A stretch of DNA of 26,929 nt, taken from contig JAEOTQ010000204.1 of the NCBI GenBank assembly GCA_016839785.1, forward strand, positions 1-26,929. Reading direction: 5' to 3'. The notes under the pieces are model-generated. The model was not told the DNA's origin and did not search any database. It worked only from the letters and a program-made list of their open reading frames with translations. The stretch is from Candidatus Hodarchaeota archaeon. GTDB taxonomy: Archaea > Asgardarchaeota > Heimdallarchaeia > Hodarchaeales > Hodarchaeaceae. Below, in pieces: positions 9,015 through 17,310 of the stretch; the first letter of the stretch is position 1, and each line of letters opens with the position of its first letter. A program made the translations under genes and the position numbers.

Positions 9015-9166
9015 TTTTTCACGCTCTAAAACTAATTGAGATAATTTCACTAGTTATAGGTTGAAATCTATAAGCTTTTTTCTTTGCGATTTTATTTTGG
9101 GAATGGAAATAATAAGATATTTTCCCATAAACGAATACCGAATAGAGCGTTTCATCTCTCTACTAC

Positions 9167-10396
9167 TTATTGGGGTACTGAAGAATCAAATTCGATTAAA
9201 TCTACTCCGATCATTCCTTTCCAACGCTCAAATAGTCGTTCAAATGCAGTGATTAACTTTTCATCTAATTCAAAAGATTTTTCTCCCTGAAAATTGAATA
9301 TTTTTAAAGATTTTACTTTCTTGTCATATTTCGCTTCCAACCTTCCAATAAATTCTCCCTGATATAATAATGGATATACATAATAACCCCAAATACGATC
9401 TTGAACTTTTTTATAAACCTCCCAGACATATTCAAATCCAAAAAGTCGTTTCAATAAATCACGCTCCCATATTACAGGATCTAAAGGTCCAATAATACGA
9501 ATTTCATCATCTAACGATTTAATACTCAAATTTTTCCAATTAGAGGGAATAATGTATCCTGAATCATCCTTCATCCTAGCTATTATAGGGTGGATTTTTC
9601 CAGATTGAGATTTTTCAGACAATAGAGACGTCAATGAAAAATCTTGCTTCTTACTTGAAGCAATCGAACCATCTTCAGCAAATGATAGCTTTCCAATAGG
9701 AATAACTGGAAATGCTTTTGATTTTAGAGTTATTCTATAAAGCTGGCGTTCTTCTTCACTGTATTCTTCCTTAATTAACAGATTCTTCTGAATATAACGA
9801 TCGATTAGATCATAAATCTTTCTGAAGTTCTTATCTCGTTCAACTATTGCTAGTTTCCTTTGTACCCATAAGAGTTCGAGTGCAGTTCCAGAATTAGTGC
9901 TTGACTTCCATGAAGCATATTTAGGATCAGCTTTCCCCAATTTAGCTAAATCAGAGCTTTTTGTTGGCCCATGCTCTTCTATATGCTCAAAAACTTCCTC
10001 TAATAACTTACTCCCTCCTACCTGTTCTAAATTCTTGAGTAATCTTGAATAATACCGACCAAGATGTTCCTGCTCTGTATAACTATTAAAAAAGGGGAAA
10101 TGATCAACTGTGATAGCATTTAAGTTATGAAAATAGGTTTCAAATACCAGGTGCTCATTTAAATATGCAAGACGCTCAAATTGTCCGAGAGAATAGTCAG
10201 GAACACGAGCACTAAAGAAATAATCATGGTATCTGCCTGCGGGGTTAAGTGGATCAAGTTGTACAAATCCATGCATATCAAGAACCTTTCGAATTCCCTC
10301 GTCACCAGTTCCGAGCCACGTATGCAAATTACATCCTACAAGAAGTATACGTTTTAGTTCATCTTGCGTCAATGTAGGTATTTCTGATTTTTTCAT
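9167..10396 (-). CDS. YcaQ/AlkZ-like (HTH_42) winged-helix DNA glycosylase, crosslink repair family
   Basis: GFVQLDP (QxD catalytic motif), GPLDPVIWER..LFGFEYVWEVY..DRIWGYYVYPLL..FIGR. ATG at 10396 is preferred over TTG 10402. Confidence 0.85.
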   Translation of the reverse strand: MKKSEIPTLTQDELKRILLVGCNLHTWLGTGDEGIRKVLDMHGFVQLDPLNPAGRYHDYFFSARVPDYSLGQFERLAYLNEHLVFETYFHNLNAITVDHFPFFNSYTEQEHLGRYYSRLLKNLEQVGGSKLLEEVFEHIEEHGPTKSSDLAKLGKADPKYASWKSSTNSGTALELLWVQRKLAIVERDKNFRKIYDLIDRYIQKNLLIKEEYSEEERQLYRITLKSKAFPVIPIGKLSFAEDGSIASSKKQDFSLTSLLSEKSQSGKIHPIIARMKDDSGYIIPSNWKNLSIKSLDDEIRIIGPLDPVIWERDLLKRLFGFEYVWEVYKKVQDRIWGYYVYPLLYQGEFIGRLEAKYDKKVKSLKIFNFQGEKSFELDEKLITAFERLFERWKGMIGVDLIEFDSSVPQ

Positions 10397-10568
10397 GTAC
10401 AATTCACTTCGCGTAGTGAACTATTAAATTTAATTACAAAACCAGTTGATTTTGTCGTCAGAATACTCCAGAAATTAATAATTCAGTTAAAAAAATAAAA
10501 TTGAAAAATCCTTAATACAGAGTGTTCTGACAAATTTTTAAGGAGTAGAACAAGAGGAAGCAAGTACA

Positions 10569-11462
10569 ATGGAAAATCCAGTTTTTGCCTGTGTATCAAG
10601 CGGTGCGGATATAAGAACTTTATTTTTAGTGGCTAGCATCCGAGAATATGCTGGTAACATGTCTAGCAGCCCTATTTATATTGTTGTTCCAAAATCAGAT
10701 AAGAAACTTCCTAATGACTATGTTCGACATTTATTAACTATGGATGCGAAAGTCCTTGCGTTCACTCCTGATCCTGACCTAGGAAAATTTCCATTCGCGG
10801 GATTTGTCCAAGCTGCAGCAACTGCGGAAGCTTTTGCTAAAGAGAATGACAGAGTACTAGCATGGTTAAACCTTGATACATTAATTCTCAATCCACCAAC
10901 AGATTTTATAATAGATCAAGATATGAAACTGGCTTATAGACCAGTCCATCACACTTTGATTGGATCTATTTATGATAAACCAATCGACCCTTTTTGGGAA
11001 TTAGTTTACAAGAAATGCGGAGTTCCTAAGGATAGTATTTTTCCCATGCGGACACATATAGACGATCAAGTTCTTCGCCCATATTTTAATGCTGGATGTC
11101 TTATAATTCGCCCCGAGGAAGATTTATTGCATCTCTGGTTGACTAAGTTCAAAGAAATCTATCAACATCCTAAAATGCTAGAGTATTATGAAAAAGATGC
11201 TCTCTATAGTATCTTCATCCATCAAGTGATATTAGCTGGTGTGATTCTTAGTTCACTGAAGAAAGAGGAAATGGTCGAGCTGTCCTTTGATTATAACTAT
11301 CCTCTTCACTTATATTCCGAAAGTGAAACTAAATACCAACCCAAAGACATTAATGAGTTAATCACTGTTCGTTATGAGGAAATAAATGTGTGGGAAAAGA
11401 TACCATTTCAGGATCCGATAAAAACATGGTTAACGACTCAAAAACTCGTTTTTACTGCGTAA
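10569..11462 (+). CDS. Hypothetical protein with a GT-A/GT8-like fold
   Basis: LAWLNLDTLIL (DxD-position variant), YFNAG, HQ and YNYP echo GT8 motifs. AAGGAG/GAGG upstream. Confidence 0.55.
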   Translation: MENPVFACVSSGADIRTLFLVASIREYAGNMSSSPIYIVVPKSDKKLPNDYVRHLLTMDAKVLAFTPDPDLGKFPFAGFVQAAATAEAFAKENDRVLAWLNLDTLILNPPTDFIIDQDMKLAYRPVHHTLIGSIYDKPIDPFWELVYKKCGVPKDSIFPMRTHIDDQVLRPYFNAGCLIIRPEEDLLHLWLTKFKEIYQHPKMLEYYEKDALYSIFIHQVILAGVILSSLKKEEMVELSFDYNYPLHLYSESETKYQPKDINELITVRYEEINVWEKIPFQDPIKTWLTTQKLVFTA

Positions 11463-11658
11463 CCATAAGAATTAATTTGCTTCTTTTGATCAATTCTCTC
11501 TTCCCATGGAATGAATGAAAAGAGGACTACTAGTATTAATTAAACACTAGTAGCCTTCCAATACGGCGGTAATTGAAGAAACACTCTTTTCAAAATAACT
11601 ATTGTTATGTGGAGTTAATAATTTCCTGCTTCGATTTTAGTAATTTCATCTAGATCTG

Positions 11659-13035
11659 CTAGTCAAACTGGGGTAACCACCGCTTTTCTACTTCAAACAA
11701 CTCATTAACCATGTCACGTATTTCAGATGGGGAGCAAATGCTTGAAGTATTTGGATCAAGCAACACTGCATGATAGATCTTCTCACGATCGAGTGAAAGG
11801 GCCCCTTCAACAGCGGCCTTCTGAACCATTATGTTGGACATACAAAGAGCTTGACAGACTGTCGGTAATTCAATTCCACCTTGGGGATGTGCCCCTAAAC
11901 TATCAAAAAAGATGGGAACTTCAACACAACAGTTAGAGGGTAGATTTGTTATAAATCCTTCATTTAAAACATTACCATTCACTCGCACAGGCGTTGTACT
12001 CTCCATGGCGTTAATAATTTGGGGAGCATATTCCCAGGAGGGAACTTCTTTATGTTGGAGATTATCTTGATTTAACTTTTCAAGAAATTCTTTTTCTAGA
12101 TTTTGTTGAGAGACTCTCTGGTCATTATAATCTAAAGCATGTTCGAGCTCCGAAAAGAAACCCTCTCCCCGGTACTTCTTTAAAAGATCAGGACGTTTTC
12201 GATAATACGGTAAATACTCGCTCAGATGCCCTGAGGTTTCAGTCATGAAGTACCCCGTGGCATTCATCATGTCTACACGTAGTTTCTCAACATCAGTCAG
12301 GAAGAATTGAGACTTACTTGCTTCACGAATGAGAGGATAAGCATCATGCCATTCTGCATTGGAATCCTTATACTGGACTTTTAAAAACCAAGCAAGGTGG
12401 TTAATACCTGCACATAAGTAATCAAAACCTCGTGGATCTACATCCATATAATGTACAGCTAACTCAAGTACCGCAGCTGTTCCAAAAACTCCATGACACA
12501 AGCCAAACGTTGAATTTGGGAATATAGAATTACAATACCAGGTATTCATAGCCATGGGATTTGTGTAATTTAAAAGGAGGGGATCTGATCCCTTAGAATT
12601 ATCTGAATTATAGCCATGAGATTTAATATCATCTAATAAATTTTTAAAGAATGTAGTTGTTCTCAAAAACCGAAATACCCCTCCAGGTCCTATAGTATCC
12701 CCGACACATTGAGTTACCCCGTATTTCAATGGAATTTCCAAATCGTGTTTGACAACATCCAACCCACCAATTAGAACTGTATTTATAATATATTTTGCAT
12801 CAGTTACTGCCTCTTTTTGATCTGTGGTCCTTTCTATTGTCACATTTTCAAGAACTGGAAGATTATCTTCACGGTATTTCTGCATATACCTGAACATGAG
12901 ATCTAGTCTTTTGGGATCTATATCTTCTAGGTATAAAACGATATCATCTTGAAGAGAAGGATAAGTAAGGATATCTGTAAGGAGTGTTTCACCAAAAACC
13001 AATGAACCTGCACCAATAAACGCAATCTTTTTCAT
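11659..13035 (-). CDS. melA: Glycoside hydrolase family 4, alpha-galactosidase (MelA-like), NAD+/Mn2+-dependent
   Basis: KIAFIGAGS, IPLKYGV.Q.VGDTIGPGG, NYTNP, GLCHG, AGINH and TETSGHLSEYLPYY. Confidence 0.88.
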   Translation of the reverse strand: MKKIAFIGAGSLVFGETLLTDILTYPSLQDDIVLYLEDIDPKRLDLMFRYMQKYREDNLPVLENVTIERTTDQKEAVTDAKYIINTVLIGGLDVVKHDLEIPLKYGVTQCVGDTIGPGGVFRFLRTTTFFKNLLDDIKSHGYNSDNSKGSDPLLLNYTNPMAMNTWYCNSIFPNSTFGLCHGVFGTAAVLELAVHYMDVDPRGFDYLCAGINHLAWFLKVQYKDSNAEWHDAYPLIREASKSQFFLTDVEKLRVDMMNATGYFMTETSGHLSEYLPYYRKRPDLLKKYRGEGFFSELEHALDYNDQRVSQQNLEKEFLEKLNQDNLQHKEVPSWEYAPQIINAMESTTPVRVNGNVLNEGFITNLPSNCCVEVPIFFDSLGAHPQGGIELPTVCQALCMSNIMVQKAAVEGALSLDREKIYHAVLLDPNTSSICSPSEIRDMVNELFEVEKRWLPQFD

Positions 13036-13171
13036 ACGCTATGTATTTCCAGAGTGGTTTTAATCATTATTATTCTTGGAGATTAAAATCATTAAGGAAG
13101 TCAAAATACCAAAAACTGTATCCAATGATTATAAAAACAAGGAAAAGAATCCCCCCCCTAATACCAACATC

Positions 13172-14053
13172 CTAGGTATCCGACAAGTTATTGACGAAGA
13201 AATCCGAAGCAATTTTGTGAATATGGTGATACATTTTTTCTGTAGGTTCATGTAAGCTCTCAATTATCTCCGTGTAGACTAAATTTGGGAAAATTTCTTT
13301 AGCGCGAGGAATAACTCTTGAAGCAGGAAAAAGTATGTCATTTTTTGCCGCCATAACTAAAGTAGGCGCTTTTAGATCGTCCAATTCACCATCATAAGCA
13401 GGACGGGGCATTTTTGGATTGATATTCATGTACCTAAAGATAGCATCAAGTAGTTCCATTCTTGGCTTATCAAATCTCGTCATTAAAGTACTACATAGCT
13501 TTCTAAGGTTCTGATGTGTAGGACGTACTTTATATCTGATATATGGGATCAATAGTTTAACTTTATCTTTCATTGATTCACTAGCAATCCCAGAAGGTAC
13601 AAATAATGACAATTTGTCTATTTTTTCAGGAGCAATTGTTGCTAATCTAATTGCAATACCTGCTCCAAAGGAACCAGAGTAAATATTCACTTTCTTCAAT
13701 TGTAATTCCTCAAGAACATCCAATAACCAGTATCCATAACTCAAATCGTTTGAAGAAAGGCTAGTTTCATCACTCTTACCAGGGTGCCCAAGAGTATCAA
13801 TAGCAAAAAGATTAAATTTCTTTATCATTGGTACGTTGCTTGTCAACATATCAGGAGTGTTTGAGTTTCCTCCATGTAAGCATACTAGCGGGATTGAATC
13901 TTTTCTTCCAAGATTCACCACATGAGTCTCACCGTAACGTGTATTTATATAAATATCTTCAAATGGTTCTTTCAGATAACTCAGATGCTTATCGTAGAGG
14001 TTGAGTAATATTTTCTTTCCTTCAGAAGATCTATATATGGATTTTTGAGCCAT
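13172..14053 (-). CDS. Alpha/beta-fold hydrolase (putative carboxylesterase)
   Basis: LHGG oxyanion loop, IDTLGHPGKS, nucleophile elbow SGSFG, D at KND and a C-terminal His (SLHEP). Confidence 0.85.
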   Translation of the reverse strand: MAQKSIYRSSEGKKILLNLYDKHLSYLKEPFEDIYINTRYGETHVVNLGRKDSIPLVCLHGGNSNTPDMLTSNVPMIKKFNLFAIDTLGHPGKSDETSLSSNDLSYGYWLLDVLEELQLKKVNIYSGSFGAGIAIRLATIAPEKIDKLSLFVPSGIASESMKDKVKLLIPYIRYKVRPTHQNLRKLCSTLMTRFDKPRMELLDAIFRYMNINPKMPRPAYDGELDDLKAPTLVMAAKNDILFPASRVIPRAKEIFPNLVYTEIIESLHEPTEKMYHHIHKIASDFFVNNLSDT

Positions 14054-14232
14054 AAACTCACTTTCTATTCATATATTCCCATTATACAAAATAGGAACTC
14101 CTCTTGTTAAATGGTGATATTCGGGCAAAGAGAAACCAACTTCAATTCGCATGGTAGTTTGAGAATTATTGACCTAGAACTGAATTTCGGGGAGATGAAT
14201 ATTCTTCAAAAGGCGAAGTACTAATTTTATCA

Positions 14233-15297
14233 ATGGAAACCACTATGGGAATAATGCGTCCTTTGGTATTGACAAGCCTTGTTACAATTCTAGTTTTCCC
14301 TATTTGCATGATACTAAGTGGAAATTCATTTTCAAATACCATGAATTTACCCGAATTCCCTCTAGATGATGGCCTTACTATAACGTTCCCCAATGGAGGA
14401 GAGACGCTTAATGGAACTGTAACGATCGAATGGGTACTTGAAAGTATATATCTAGGAGATTCACCCTGGTATGCAGTTTTTTATACCCCAAACGGGGGAA
14501 CCAATTGGATTCAATTGGTATTTATCACGCTAGACACATTTTATGATTGGAATACACCCCTTTATGAGGAATTTGGCAGCAATTTTTTGATTAAAGTCAT
14601 TGCAAGTAGTAAAAGTTGGGAAGACAAGGAAGATGTCTCTGATGGTGTATTTACTATTGATAATAGGATAGAAAGTTCTTCTACTACCACAACCGTTAAT
14701 AAAGAATCTCAAGATCAAGGAATTCTATTGGTTGGTCTCTTTGGATCTATATTTATTCTTTCTGGCATTGGAATTATGTATTATCGTTCTAATCCTCGGT
14801 ACAAGGATCGAAAGACTTTTGTTGAACTAATACGCACGAGTGAAGCTGAATATTTGAAAGAAATTCGAAATAAAGTGATTATTGGACTTGATAACATTAA
14901 AAGTTCCTTTTCCTCCCAAATAAGAGAGATTCCACTATTAGAGGTGGAAAGTCAAACTTCTATGATAGAATATTTTCCAACCATGTTTCGAGAAGATCTC
15001 CGTTCAGAAATGAAGGGAAAAACTGTGTTAACACTTATTGAGATTGCTTATCAGGATCCAAGTGAAACCAATCCAACTAAATTAGCTCAAAGTCTAAAAA
15101 TTCCCACTCCTACCCTCACCAGAGAAATAAAGAAGCTAGTTGACTTACAATATATCGAAACATTCGTTTCTGCTCAAGTTCTTCAAGACGCACGATATAG
15201 AAATTTTTCAATTACTTCAAAAGGATTTTTCTTTCTTTCCACTCTGAATGAGGCTCTAGAGATTACAATTAATCGATTAAAGGACAAACTGCTCTGA
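14233..15297 (+). CDS. Single-pass membrane protein: signal peptide, extracellular Ig-like domain, TM helix and cytoplasmic winged-HTH (MarR/ArsR-like)
   Basis: Hydrophobic N-terminus; TITFPNGGETL...W...Y.PNGG.NW...DW..SDGVFTI beta-sandwich motif; S/T linker; TM ILLVGLFGSIFILSGIGIMYY; PTKLAQSLKIPTPTLTREIKKLVDLQYI...ITSKG wHTH. The start may be a downstream Met (14245 or 14254). Confidence 0.75.
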   Translation: METTMGIMRPLVLTSLVTILVFPICMILSGNSFSNTMNLPEFPLDDGLTITFPNGGETLNGTVTIEWVLESIYLGDSPWYAVFYTPNGGTNWIQLVFITLDTFYDWNTPLYEEFGSNFLIKVIASSKSWEDKEDVSDGVFTIDNRIESSSTTTTVNKESQDQGILLVGLFGSIFILSGIGIMYYRSNPRYKDRKTFVELIRTSEAEYLKEIRNKVIIGLDNIKSSFSSQIREIPLLEVESQTSMIEYFPTMFREDLRSEMKGKTVLTLIEIAYQDPSETNPTKLAQSLKIPTPTLTREIKKLVDLQYIETFVSAQVLQDARYRNFSITSKGFFFLSTLNEALEITINRLKDKLL

Positions 15298-15482
15298 TAC
15301 GACAAGAGAGGATAGGAAGTTTGAATCGTTCATTTTGGATTTAATGGAAGAATTTGTTTCAAATTCGAAAATTAAGGTACAAAATTTCTCCTCTACTCCT
15401 AAATGCATCGAGTACGATACTTTCATTTTTGAAAGTACAATCTTTATTTTTATTCATTAAATCATGTACTTGGGTTGGTTTG

Positions 15483-15534
15483 TCGAGTAATTGTTTAAAG
15501 AGATTTCAGTCAAAAGGGCTATTAAATTACTCGA
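15483..15534. promoter_or_regulatory. Perfect 10-bp inverted repeat bracketing a putative TATA box
   Basis: TCGAGTAATT (15483-15492) and AATTACTCGA (15525-15534) with TTTAAA between them. A further TCGAGTA copy lies at 15408-15414. Confidence 0.5.
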
Positions 15535-15554
15535 TTTTCATTGAGGTAATTGAT

Positions 15555-17216
15555 TTGAGAAATACAAACAAATTAATAACACTTACCCTTATTACAGTTT
15601 TTTTACTGACTATAAATATTGTCAGCTGTAATTCTACCTTAGGTACACATCATGAGCAACATATACAAGTTGAAATAGGAAATTTTGTATATAGTACCTT
15701 TTTAGGAGGAGATAATCCCCCTGATCTGTCTGAGGACCATGTAAAAGATATAATTACTGATTCCAATGATAATATTATCGTCACTGGTTATACCTTATCT
15801 AACAATTTTCCTATCAAAGATGCTTTTCAGGATACTTTTGCAGGTGGGGGTAAGGATATTCATGGAGTTGGAGGAGATGCTTTCATCACAAAATTTGATC
15901 AAAATGGCCAACTCATTTGGTCAACATTTCTTGGCGGATCCAGTATGGATGGAGGATTATTTGTTGAGGTTGTAGAAGTCGATAACATTGTAGTAGTAGG
16001 ATTAACTACTTCTATTAATTTCCCCACAACAGAGGATGCATTCCAGCAAGATTACTCTGATAATTATGATATCTTCATCACGAAATTTTCTTCTAATGGA
16101 TCACTCCTATATTCAAGCTACTTGGGTACAACAGGTAACGATAGGGTAAATGATTGTGATTTAGACTCAGTAGGCAATCTAGTTATCTCTGGGGGTACTA
16201 GTTCAAGTGTTTTTCCAGTAACATCAGATGCTGAACAGCCAGTTTTCGGTGGAAGCTCAGATGGATTTCTGATGCGTCTATCTGCCAATTGTACAACTAT
16301 AATATACTCCACTTTCTTAGGTGGAACCAGTTTTGAAGGAATTGATAAGATTGCTATAGATAATAATGATAATATTGTTGCTACTGGGTTCACAGTAAGT
16401 CCTGACTTTCCTATTAGTGTAGATGCTTACCAAGATGCTATTACAGGGATTCATCGTGATTTTTTCGTAGCTAAGTATAATTCTTCAGGTCACTTGAAAT
16501 ACTCTACATACTTTGGGGGGTCACATATGGATGATTGTTTTGGAGTGACAACTGATTCAGGTGGGAACATCATCCTAACAGGAAGAACTTGGTCGTCTGA
16601 CTTCCCAATAATGAATGCTTGGCAAGAAAATTATAGTGATATTGAGGTAGACGGATTTGTTACGAAATTAACTTCAGATGGTCAAGAATTAGTATTTTCT
16701 AGCTATTTTGGTGGGTCTGCTTGGGATACAGTACATCATCCGAGTGTTGATGCTAAAGATAATATCATAGTTAGTGGTATTGCTGGATCTGATGGACTAC
16801 CTATAATAAATGGATTCCAAGAAGCACATGGAGGATCGTGTGATATTATTATCATGAAAATTTCTCCAACTGGACAACCACTGTTTGGATCATATTTAGG
16901 TGGTACAGGGCTTGATCATCCTTGGCAACAATACCTGACAGATGATAATCTTTATTTAGTTGGCTCTGTGAACTCTTCAGATTTCTTAATTTCTGACAAT
17001 GCGTTTCAACCAATACTTAAAGGAACTCAAGACGGATTTCTTTTTCGGTTTGATATTGAAGGTTACCTCACAGCCTTATCAACATCCACCACTACTACCA
17101 ACACCTCATCATCTACTACTCAGAGTACGTCAAGTTTCGACTTATATGTTGCTTTTTTCGCTCTTCCATTAGCTGTGGTAACTTGTATGAGAAATCGTCA
17201 GCATAGAAGAAAATGA
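15555..17216 (+). CDS. SBBP-type seven-bladed beta-propeller surface protein with S/T linker and C-terminal sorting/anchor segment
   Basis: Likely start TTG 15555, 7 nt after GAGGT, giving a signal peptide. Seven (Y/W/F)S(T/S)(F/Y)(L/F)GG-type repeats with G.T.S.DFP...A.Q and D.F..K motifs. The end is STSTTTT...SSFDLYVAFFALPLAVVTCMRNRQHRRK. Confidence 0.85.
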   Translation: MRNTNKLITLTLITVFLLTINIVSCNSTLGTHHEQHIQVEIGNFVYSTFLGGDNPPDLSEDHVKDIITDSNDNIIVTGYTLSNNFPIKDAFQDTFAGGGKDIHGVGGDAFITKFDQNGQLIWSTFLGGSSMDGGLFVEVVEVDNIVVVGLTTSINFPTTEDAFQQDYSDNYDIFITKFSSNGSLLYSSYLGTTGNDRVNDCDLDSVGNLVISGGTSSSVFPVTSDAEQPVFGGSSDGFLMRLSANCTTIIYSTFLGGTSFEGIDKIAIDNNDNIVATGFTVSPDFPISVDAYQDAITGIHRDFFVAKYNSSGHLKYSTYFGGSHMDDCFGVTTDSGGNIILTGRTWSSDFPIMNAWQENYSDIEVDGFVTKLTSDGQELVFSSYFGGSAWDTVHHPSVDAKDNIIVSGIAGSDGLPIINGFQEAHGGSCDIIIMKISPTGQPLFGSYLGGTGLDHPWQQYLTDDNLYLVGSVNSSDFLISDNAFQPILKGTQDGFLFRFDIEGYLTALSTSTTTTNTSSSTTQSTSSFDLYVAFFALPLAVVTCMRNRQHRRK

Positions 17217-17238
17217 ACTAGTTGAGAAAAACACAAGT

Positions 17239-17261
17239 TCTACTCAATCTAGGTGAGTAGA
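17239..17261. terminator. Hairpin between convergent genes
   Basis: TCTACTCA-atctagg-TGAGTAGA, a perfect 8-bp stem. Confidence 0.4.
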
Positions 17262-17310
17262 TTGGGAAGGAGAATTTTTGCTTTATTTGCGACGATTTTC
17301 CACTTTCTGG

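Noticed and set aside
11516-11592. Hammerhead ribozyme or SECIS in the three-stem element
   Set aside because: There is no CUGANGA core on either strand and no AUGA/GA quartet geometry, and neither flanking gene has an in-frame TGA.
13151-13158. C8 homopolymer as a phase-variation tract
   Set aside because: It is intergenic, just downstream of a stop codon and about 90 nt from the next TATA-like box, with no evidence of function.
15354-15554. N-terminal extension of the SBBP ORF
   Set aside because: It covers promoter-like DNA. An SD-led TTG at 15555 gives a proper signal peptide.
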